Shown: positions 54,261 to 64,000 of the stretch, one piece after another
Layout: each line of letters opens with the position of its first letter
How positions within the stretch are numbered: the first letter of the stretch is position 1
Origin: Tubiluchus corallicola
Taxonomy: Eukaryota; Animalia; Priapulida
Direction: 5' to 3'
DNA length: 64,000 bases
Assembly (NCBI GenBank): GCA_030141605.1
Contig: JAQGDQ010000491.1
Span: 1 to 64,000, forward strand
The notes under the pieces: model-generated
Told to the model about the DNA's origin: nothing
The model's input: only the letters and a program-made list of their open reading frames with translations
The model's database searches: none
Made by a program: the position numbers and the translations under genes

Positions 54261-54354
54261 TTGATTTATTTAGCTTGTTCTTGGAAATAATTTTATTAAC
54301 CGCTGCAGCATCCCTAGACTTAACTGCCTGCAGCAGTTCCTGATCTTTCCCCAT
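54261..54354 (-). CDS. CASKIN: Caskin coding exon 1 (MGKDQELLQAVKSRDAAAVNKIISKNKLNKS+1 nt)
   Basis: ATG in acaATGG context. The peptide resembles the Caskin N-terminus MGKEQELVQAVK as recalled. It ends at a GTAAGT donor (54260); 94 nt, phase 1, in frame with the next exon. Confidence 0.93.
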
Positions 54355-54487
54355 TGTGATTTACAAGTAATTAAAAATCCAAATTCTGATGATCTGTCTC
54401 TTTTGATATCCTTGCAAAGCGGTAAAAAAGTAAAAATTCCATCACAAAATCTACCAGTCAGTAGTCAAGTTCGAGGTCTTATTGTTC
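54355..54487 (-). other. CASKIN: Probable 5' UTR part of the Caskin ATG exon
   Basis: Strong acceptor gttatttttgcag|G with AG at 54489-54488, 133 nt upstream of the ATG. Confidence 0.6.
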
Positions 54488-55010
54488 CTGCAAAAATAAC
54501 AGACTCATTAATTCAAGTGGTCAACTATACAGGTAGCTCAACTGTCATCTCTCAATACGTAGTACAAAAATTCCAGTATCATCCAGTATTTAAAAAGTGC
54601 ACCTTCTATAAGGCATAATAATTAAATATGTATGGTTTTAATGAAATCTAGGTATATCTTTAAAGCTATGTTCGGCATACCTGCGCACAACCACAAATCA
54701 GAAGACCAGAATGTAAGATTTCAAAGTTACAACAAACTTTTGCACAAGAGTTTTTATAATAACTGTGACTGCCACAGCCCAAAACCAAAACAGTGTAGTT
54801 CTAACAACACTTAAAGATAAAAAGTAGGTTGTTCAGACTTCCAAGTTTTAGCTTTTAACACCAACGATTTCAGATGACGCAGCACACGTGTAGACGAAGT
54901 GACAAGCAACAAAACGAACTGGTGATAAAATTGTCTTGTTTACCACACTGATATATTACAACTACCACTATTTCAAGATGCTGAACACGACACGTTTCCA
55001 GAATACTCAC

Positions 55011-55125
55011 AACCAGTATCTGAATACTCACTAAATAATAAGGTAATAATGACACTGAGAGTTCACACACTGTTTCACCAACCCTGTCCGCTGTTAATTC
55101 AAGCGAGCAAAACAAATCGCGCGAC
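55011..55125 (-). other. CASKIN: Candidate non-coding first exon of Caskin (upstream boundary approximate)
   Basis: Two GTGAGTATTC donors on the minus strand (55010 and 55031), directly downstream of the CpG-richer promoter-like segment. Confidence 0.45.
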
Positions 55126-55360
55126 TGTTAGAGAAGAGCGATTATGACTTTGTGGCGCCATCTAGTAGAAGTAAACAAAAATGCTTGATGTTTTCTTCAG
55201 CATGGCAGCGCTAACTATAGGTGGTTGTCACCTTTGGCGAACAACGTTAGTAGTGCTGCATTATTTCATATATGATCAAATAAAAAAATATCAGTTTTTC
55301 ACAATAACTGGTAAATAGTCGGTTTATAAAAAATGGCCACGCTGCACAAAACAAGGTAAT
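55100..55360. promoter_or_regulatory. Probable bidirectional promoter (Caskin / myosin VIIa) with CTCF-like site
   Basis: Lies between the 5' ends of two divergent genes. Contains a TCGCGCGA palindrome (~55117-55124) and GCGCCATCTAGTAG at 55155-55168 (reverse complement CTACTAGATGGCGC, close to the CTCF core). Splice donors point outward on both sides, and the A-rich to T-rich strand bias flips here. Confidence 0.6.
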
Positions 55361-58300
55361 TTGCAAAACTTGTTTAAGGTTGAAATGGTAGTTTTTACGA
55401 TATGGATCCGTAGTGTAGATGCTTGGAATTATGGGATACCTACAGGTACAGGTTTGGCGTGTTGCACAGGTGTCAGAACGGAGAAGGAAGGCGAAGCTAT
55501 TTTCGTGAAAATGGTTTTGTGTTAGACAAACAAGTTTCTTAGGTATGGTAATAGTGATAAGTATAACTCATCTAGAAGACCAAGTTTTTTTGTGAAACGC
55601 ATTGTTTGAATTTGAGTCTGACTTTCTGTGCTTCGCCTGACGCTATGGCATGATCATGATTGTATTGAAAGTTCTGGCATGTAATGTAATGTATTCGTAA
55701 TTTGCTCGTTAGCGTTATGGAGTTGCTGACATCGAAATTAGTGTTAGCTGTTAAATCTTAAGTTGTAGCAGTTTATATGTAACTGTTACTTTTGGTTTTA
55801 AGCACTATGGCGGTTGTCTTTTTGACGTATTTCGGATTTTATTAGTTTTCTTTTTTGTTGGGTTAGTTTCCGAATCACACACTAGGGCTCGTACTCTTTC
55901 ATGGTAAATGTGTATATGGTAGTATATTTTCGTATGCTATATAAATATTGTCTGGGACGAAATAAAATGAGAATTTAATTAGAACGAGGAAAATGCAGCA
56001 TTCTGCTAACTGCCAATAAATTTTCGATAATGTACATAAGCTGTCCGTGGATGTGTTTCTTAAAGTTGAATTTCAAAAAAACAATCATGTAGTCATGCTC
56101 ACATTAGTTTTTAAAAATTTAATCTATATTAGGTCCACTTTTTAGCTATACTTGAACTTGAGTAGCATTTCAGCAAAAAAAGAAAAAGTTTTAAAGCATA
56201 GATGCTACAATAATATCAGATAGGCACACAATACTTAAATGTCCTAATGCTAACTGTGAAATGACAGTTATTAAGACCAACAGGGACAACTACAACCGCA
56301 TACAGGCATAACTCTGTATAGAAAGTGAAAGAAAATGGTGTCGCTGGTATTACTCACAAATTACATGTTTAGCTAATTACAGATCACATACTTGATATAT
56401 GCTTACATTGCTGCTGGACTTTGTAACTAATTTTTGTTAGAACTGTACAGAACAGGAGATAGAAGATAGAATCCTTCTACTAGACAAGCAATATGGGTAC
56501 ATATTAATCTGATGATATAAATTATTGTTATATGAATATAACAGATTGATTTTGTATCTTGAATGAGTTACTGCAATTTCTTACATAAAGCTTTCATTCA
56601 CTGATATACATCCAGAAGCATGGGCTTGGAATTCTGAAATTGCTGCAATTAAGGTTTCCACTTTTTCCCATTACTGTTTATAAATTCAAGACTAACAAAT
56701 GGCTATTGAAACGTCGTTTGTTCTGAAAAAATAACTTATTTTATCAGTTATACTCTATAGTATTAAATGGAGTCCGTAATTGCGTTGTTTTTTTAAAGAA
56801 AAACCAGCTTCGTTGTCATTAGCATCTCCTTTGCATTATTAGCCGTAGTTGACTCGTTACTTTTTCTTCCGAAGACTTTGATATCTAACGTAATGCTGTT
56901 TGAATCAGTGTGTAATATTGTGAAATCAATATAGATCTATCAGCAGCTGGCTCTTTTCCTCTTTTCCGTACTTATAAAGACCAAGTTTGGTGGAGAGGAT
57001 TGTCTCCAAGTTCTCATATCCTACCTGTCTTCCGTAATCTTTGTTTTCTATTCCTCTGTCCTCACTTTTTTATAGGAATCTGTGTTGCTTAAATATTGTT
57101 TGCCATAGATTAGTTAAATGTTTTTTGTAATTTATTTTTTGACAAAAGTTTATTTCTAGTCTTTGGTGACCTTTTAACACTTTGAGTCTAGGAAGCTTTC
57201 TTATCACTAAATGACAGTACAAATTTAGCACATATATAAAGCACATTATTTTTTCACAATGCCCGTGTTGACATCTTCTAAAACTTTTATTTAACTATAA
57301 GCTATTTAAGAGCATCTTCTTCAGACACTTTGGGTCGAAATTGCTTTAGGGTATGTAAAGTTTGCAAACTGGTTCATTTAGGAATTTTGGGCAAAAATCT
57401 TGTACAGAAATTTTCTTTAATTAATGCAATCGGTGCTTACTAGGGTAATACAGCACACAAGTCCTCCCATATATAATCCTCTCTGAATTCTCTTGGTCAA
57501 AACAATAGTTTGACCTACAACTATTGCTTGCACAAATCCTTTAATTAGCTTGGCCCACTACTTTAACTCTTCCTCATACTGATTGCAAACATTTGGAATT
57601 AATGCCATTCTTGTGTGTTTTGGTGTAATTTAATGCTTTGGAGTTGTTAATTTTAGTTATCAGATGGGCAAAACCACTAGACTATTCTTTTCTTGTAACA
57701 GCAACGTATAATTGTGGTTATTTATGCAGCAACCTTTGCTGTTTATATTATTGTTTTTTTTGCTGCTTTCTGCAGAGGTTATACATGTATTCTACCTTTT
57801 TGGCATTTTGCGCTCCGTGTGACCTTTTATTTGTCTTCTGTTACCCAAGCTAGTGTAAGGTTATGGACCCTTGCTACCAAATTAGGAAGTCTGACTTCAA
57901 TGATCAGTTTAACTGTTTGTTTTTAACCTTACTTAAAAAGAAATGTTAAGAAAACTTTTTTGAGTGATAGTAAATACAGTGTGTTCAAATCACAGCCGTT
58001 CAAAGGGCAAATACCACTACTTAACACAGCTGCTATTAAAATCTTATCATCTCTAATGTTTTAACACTGGACCCCTTGTTTAAACCAGTATATATGTTAT
58101 GTCTACGTCATAAATAATGGGTTACACACACTAACTGTAGAAAATGCATCTAAAGGTTAATATTCTTGTCTATTTACTTGATATATCAATGTGTGTACAA
58201 AGAATCTATTCAAATAATAATGGCCCAGTGTGAATCATAACTTCGGCTGGTAAATGCCTAGTTACACCACTCCCAGTTAAGTTCATTTTCAAAAAAGCGC

Positions 58301-58749
58301 AAAGTTGACTTGCCTAGCTGATACAGTGTGGAAATTTTGGTGACTAAGCCAAGTCTGCTCAGGTATCTAATAATTACAGCTACGTTCCTGGGTGACGTTA
58401 GGTGTGATTTGAAATGTCCCTTTTTATTATAATGGAAAACGGTAATATAATAATAAGCATATTTACTTAAAACCAGATTTCGTAATCCTATTTATATTTT
58501 TGTTCATACATTGAAGTTTTACTCCATCTCAATCATAGTATGATCTCTAAGCAGGTCCTGGGCAACCTCCTGAGCAAAAGCCTGAAAGACTACAGTCATG
58601 ACAGTGTTCTATATCAATTTTTGACATTAATTATATCGGCGGAATAACAGCGTATTATGCCTATGCCGCATCATACTTAGCCACTAAGAATATCTTGATA
58701 AATTACTACTGATTAATGTGTAATACACAGGCCTAGTTATAGGCCTAAT

Positions 58750-59285
58750 TACAGTAAACAACAAATTTGGAAATAACTCTATATCAAAACAGGCCATACA
58801 TTTATGGAACTTACTACCCAGTGAAATAAAACTAATAGAATCTCTCCACCACTTTAAAAAGAAATTAAAAGAATATCAATATAACAGGTTTCAACTTCCA
58901 CATTGTGCATCTGATACTAATTACACAGATTCAATTTTCATCTACCCCCGCCCCTAACTCCATAAAATGACTAAAAATGTAAAATTAAAAAAAAATATGT
59001 AATGTAAAACATGTTTCTGTTGTGTCATGTTAAATGTATATATAGTGTAAAATATGTCTTGTAAAATTTAATGTTTTTTTTGTAATATTGTTTTGTAAAA
59101 ATATTTTAATATTGTGTTTGTAAATATGTTCATTTATTGTATATAATTAGGCCTTAGTTTTACACTTTAGTTTTTTTTAGTCTGCACTGGACGCATTTGT
59201 CTTGAACAGTGTTGTTTTTAACATTACGCTGAGGATTACTCAATTTTATTGTAATGAGTAAGCCATTTTTAATGACAAATAAAGA

Positions 59286-59320
<35 letters not shown>
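58750..59320 (+). mobile_element. 5'-truncated LINE (CR1/L2-group) 3' end
   Basis: Frame reads NKFGNNSISKQAIHLWNLLPSEIKLIESLHHFKKKLKEY, the FG..SI...LWN.LP..IK...FKKKLK C-terminal signature of CR1/L2-group ORF2. It is followed by a T-rich 3' UTR, AATAAA and a (TA)n tail. Confidence 0.75.
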
Positions 59321-59323
<3 letters not shown>

Positions 59324-61983
59324 GTACTAATATTTTACCAAAAATTCGGTTTGAGAACGATAATTAAAACGAATTGTTCCTTATACCCAGTCTTAGTTGT
59401 ATAACATTTTTTTCAGTTCCACTAACATTTTGAACTGTGTTCCTTGTTTCCTTATGAGTGTAAACTGCGATAAATTGCTGAGTACCCAAGTTAGTTATAA
59501 AATAAACATCAGATATTCTGACAAGGAAGTACATCTGTAATGATAAATACACATATCTGTGCTTCAGTCTAAGTGACTTAAGAATATGTTTTCATTTTTT
59601 GCTACTTTAAAATTAGTTGGTGGGTCGTATGCGGCAAATCTTGCATTTCGTTTTGGAAAGTGTTTGTTCTCAACTAAAAAAGAAAATGCATAGTGACTAT
59701 TGCGTCATCGAATGCCTGATTTCGGGGTTTCTATACAAGTAGGCCTATGCCAGTATTTGAGTGACGAGCCTAGGTCCATGTTCTTTTTTTGCAAATAATT
59801 TCGTTGAAGATTCTCTGATATGCCATTTATTAAGTTTGGGAAATGCTGCTGCATAAGAACCTGTTAGTGTATTTTTGCACCACCTTGCTGTTAAAATCAA
59901 AATCTAATTGACAAACTTTCGTAGCTAATAAGAAAACAGTAATTTATGGGATTTTTCACACCTGCCAATTGGTGAGCTTAAATATTTATTTTTAACTTCA
60001 GTTAAGAAACTTTAAAAAACTTCATAGTACAGCAATAGTGATAGGTCAATCTTGTAAGTCAATGTAAGCAAGACTAGATGAATTCAGATCCAAATCCGCG
60101 AGCGCAGTGCCATAACCATACTTCTGACTATACCTGGTTGAGTGTGGTTAACTTATGTAGCTACTTGCGGATTAGTGCACTCGTCAGTGATCTTTACCAA
60201 ATGTGAGTAACAGATGTGTGTGATGTTCGTAACGAAATATCACGTGACATTCCCTAGTCCGGTATGGGTTGCTCGCATGTGATTAAGCAGTTTGCCCTAA
60301 TTTTCACATTTCAACTCCAATTTCGGTTTTGACTCCTATCTCGGACATCCAATTCGAGCATGACAGTGTTTATCATTTGACTATAGGTACACATCTACCT
60401 CATATTACTTAAGTACTTATGAAAATATTGAACTATTTCAGCTCTGCCCCTGGTATGTGTGAATTACCCTGGTATCTACCCTGTAAGTTTTTTTACTTTA
60501 TCGCTCTGCACTTGCTAGTTAATATGAATTAAAGAGTGAAAACTGGATGCCTAACATAATAAAGTGAAAAACAATTAACGTAGATTGGTTACCATGGGTC
60601 CGCGACGCTAGCCCACACGGATACAAAATACCCAAGCTATCAAACTCATGACATTGGAAGTTGAGAAGGCGCCTTGTGAGTTCATTAAGTTCAAATTCTG
60701 TTGTCGAGCACCATCCAAATGAATACCTACCTTTCAGTGTTAATAGATAGTGTGAATCTAACCAGTTTCCATGACGCTTGATGGCTGCAGGTATGAATTT
60801 TAGTAAATTCAGATAGAAAATAAATTATGTTAACAGCAAAAAATAAAAAGTAGTAAAAGTTCCCATTAATACAGTAACGTCCAGGCACCAAAAAATTAAC
60901 GTTGATACATCAAAAATGCCGCAGGTGTGCATCATGCTTTGAATTCGCATAAATTTAAATTTCTAATTTGGTGACTCCTGGAACGTGTTTCACGCAATAC
61001 ATTGAGCAACTTCAATGAAATTAATCTTTGCTGGCTTGATCACATTTCTGGGTTTTCTTCTATGAAAACTACGTTCATAACAGATTGCCTGCATCCATTA
61101 ATATGGGGATTTGCCTGCGCCAGTGATCTCGTCATTGTTGAATTAATGAGGTTCGATTACGAGGCGAATAAACTATTTCATCCGGGTTATTGGAGGGTTA
61201 AATTTTCCCAGCGGCTGTGCTACTGAACAGGTGTAACGTATTCTCTGCAGGTACAGCATACTGAATAACAACTGTACATGCTATACTCAATTAGTGTTTA
61301 CAGGGCGCTTCTTGTACAACCTAAATATTAGTTGTCCTGCTATTTTTTCTGAATATTATTGGGCTATTGTTTGCCGGAGCAGTTCCGTTTTAAAATAGAT
61401 CTGGGTTGTAAAAGTAACAATAGCAGTGCTAGCCATATAAACTGTTAGTTGGAAAGACTCTGTCAAGTGTGACTGCCGGGCCAACACTCGTTCAATACAG
61501 GTTTGAGGAGTGTACTGTAGCCGGGGTGTGATGAGAGTTTGATCTACTGTTCAGTTTTTCTGAAAATTGCTATAACTGGATCCTATATATATTATATGAA
61601 CAGTTTTTAGTGGTGTAGTGGCCACAGGGCTTATAAACTGCCATCTGTGCTATATTTAGAATTAGTGGCTAATTAGTTAATGCATAATGTACGGAGAGAA
61701 TCACTGTGTCAGCCATCAGCAAGTGCGATACTGCGTGAAGAGCTAATAACATTATAATGAGATTTGAGTTAAATATTCGCTGTGACATATAGGCATTAAA
61801 CAGTGGATTATAGCAAAGCCATCGATCTTTTGAAGTACCTGTACATAATAATAGCTGCCAGGTGTTGAGAAGTATCACTTTGTAAGTCCTTTATTGGCTA
61901 GTTGTATTTAAAAAATTCCATTTTATGTCGATTTGTGAGCTGACAAAGCTATGTAGAAGCTGTAATAATTATAATGTATATTG

Positions 61984-61987
<4 letters not shown>

Positions 61988-62018
<31 letters not shown>
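61988..62018. repeat. (TTA)n microsatellite
   Basis: Direct reading. Confidence 0.93.
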
Positions 62019-62021
<3 letters not shown>

Positions 62022-62424
62022 ATTATGTGTCGGTCTGAAAGCATTTCATTATCTTCAAAACGTGTTGCTGTTTTAGTATTTTGCATGTAACTTTAGTAAA
62101 ACACTAAACATGCTTTTTCATGGTTTTGAAAAATAATGTAACAAAATGTAGCCAGGATTTTTGCACATTTACTAAAACACTTTAAATATTGATATTACAT
62201 ACACATTTTGCTTTCAAAAATACCTTAATATAAAAACCGATCTAGTCCTCACTCTATTGTAGGAACATCTTGCATAACTATGAAACTATGTAAACAATAT
62301 AAAATACATATGTAAATTTTTATAGATATTTTCATTTTTAAAGGATCTAAATTTTTGTAAATATTGTGTATTTCAGGTTCGAACATTTTGGTTTTGAAAA
62401 GGCAGCAATAAGAGCATTTTCAGC

Positions 62425-62442
62425 ATGGTGATAGTAACAAAG
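62425..62442 (+). CDS. MYO7A: Myosin VIIa (crinkled-like) first coding exon, MVIVTK
   Basis: ATG GTG ATA GTA ACA AAG|gtataa; upstream tttcag acceptors at 62376 and 62423. Spliced to the next exon it gives MVIVTKGDFIWLEP, matching the recalled Drosophila Crinkled start MVIVTRGDYIWIEP and human MVILQQGDHVW. Confidence 0.85.
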
Positions 62443-63964
62443 GTATAATATGTACAATGATGTGTATTTTTTTTAATAATAGCACAGTTCTTAAAAGTAA
62501 AGATGTGGTTAATCAGAACAAGGATTATTAGCATTAACGATATTTCAAGAAGCCACTGCTCCTTTGATCAGGTTACATAAAATTAATCAGATGTAGTCTT
62601 CCAGGAAGTCTATATGGAATTTTATATGAAAGTTTTTTTTTGGAATTACGTGTGATTAATTTTATTTAACTGGATGAAGGGAACAGTAGTTACCTAAAAT
62701 ATTGTTAATACTAATAAACCTTCTTGTGATTAACTACTTCTTTATTTCTAATAAATTTTCTGTTATTCACAATTTTCATTGTGGATACACAATGCTACTC
62801 ATTAATTTTTAAAGCACATTTCTTGCCATACACACTATTTTAGCAAAGAGCATCCAAATAATATGTGGACAAATAGATTTAATATAAAAACATTTGGATA
62901 TAAATAGCGGATGGCTGTATTAGCTCAGTGATGATCCATAATCGAAATAGTAAAGAAATATCAGTCTTTGCACGTGTCATTTTTTCTTATTTAAAGTTAT
63001 CATAACTATATAAAGTAATGTTTTCAAATACCTTGAAACAAGAGAGGTAACGTGGGGAGGAGGGGGTAGGACAGAGAGAAAAGTATCAAGCTAGAAGGCA
63101 GCTTTCTCATATCTGGTTTATAGATATTTGTGCTTGCTCATTAAGTCTGAAAGGCATTTAGAAAGTCTCTATAATAACATTGGTTATCTACTTCCATTGC
63201 TTTTTAAAATAACTGCTTACTGACCTGTTTCATGCTAATGCGTTATATTATCTAGATCCAAGATAACTTTTTAGGAATTGCCCTAGAACCAGTTTTGTAA
63301 TTGATATTATTGTAAAATGCTTGTGATTTTATGATATGCCATTTAACGTCAAATCGATATCTCATTAAATTGGGATATTTCAAATTACTGTTATTATGCT
63401 GGTCACTGACATTTTGCATAAAAGATGGAAAAAATTGCCTTTTTCGTTTAATAATAATCAGCAACTAGAAGCAGCGTGAACAAAGTTTCAACAAATGCAA
63501 TGTTTGCTTTAAAACTAAAAAGATTGTTAAGTTAAATAATGGTTAACAGAACAAAACTAATTTATCACACACACATATTGCTGAATATTTGGTACTAAAT
63601 ATTTGGTACTGAATATTTGGAACTGATTATCTAGTTCGCATGTAATATATGGACAGAGTGTAAGGAGTTGATTGAAACTGTGTCTAGGTATACTAGATGT
63701 ACACAACCCATTCATCACATTGCAAATTGACATTCAAATGGCTACCAGCACTTTTATCCAGATCGCACTGTTAAATTTGAAAAAGCTGTTTTAAAGCTGT
63801 CTGAACTTTAAAAAAAATTGTAAAGCTGTTTATAGCTGTTTCAAAAGTTTCTTATTATTTCACAATTACTTGTAATATGATAGATATGTATAACAATACA
63901 TATATATTAATAATTATATATATATAATTATGTGTAATTAAATATGTGAATGCCTTCCTTTCAG

Positions 63965-64000
63965 GGTGATTTCATATGGCTGGAACCAGTACATCGCCGG
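63965..64000 (+). CDS. MYO7A: Myosin VIIa second coding exon (partial), GDFIWLEPVHRR
   Basis: Strong acceptor ccttcctttcag|GGT; phase 0 matches the previous exon; runs off the window end. Only 18 aa of the protein are visible in total. Confidence 0.85.

Noticed and set aside
11399-54354. Alternative identity as ANKS1/AIDA-1 or SANS/USH1G
   Set aside because: [30 protein letters not shown] and KTPLDLACEFGR fit Caskin better, and the short spacing between the N-terminus and the first repeat is Caskin-like.
56441-57854. Possible plus-strand exons 56441-56496 and 57776-57854
   Set aside because: Good acceptors but weak donors, and no coherent or recognisable spliced protein; at most 5' UTR exons.

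Overview
AT-rich, intron-dominated genomic DNA from an animal, most likely an invertebrate. It has spliceosomal GT-AG introns, microsatellites and transposon relics, and almost all ORFs in the supplied track are spurious. Manual splicing reveals two genes arranged head to head. (1) A minus-strand Caskin gene (ankyrin-SH3-SAM scaffold): eight coding exons of 94, 52, 98, 146, 96, 131, 109 and 109 nt lie between 54354 and 11399. They splice in frame into 278 aa of N-terminal ankyrin repeats (MGKDQELLQAVK...). The SH3/SAM exons were not found and probably lie left of the window. (2) A plus-strand myosin VIIa/crinkled gene: its first two coding exons (MVIVTK|GDFIWLEPVHRR) are at 62425-62442 and 63965-64000. 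A probable shared bidirectional promoter with a CTCF-like site lies at about 55.0-55.4 kb, where the A/T strand bias flips. The best new-biology candidates are a phase-compatible alternative first coding exon inside Caskin intron 8, which would give an ankyrin-less isoform with a Cys-containing N-terminus, and uORFs in both putative leaders. Introns carry TTAA-flanked Kolobok-like MITEs, hAT-like MITEs, LINE and Penelope-like relics, a 43-bp minisatellite and a ~180-bp tandem duplication. No CRISPR array, prokaryotic system or intact RNA gene was seen.
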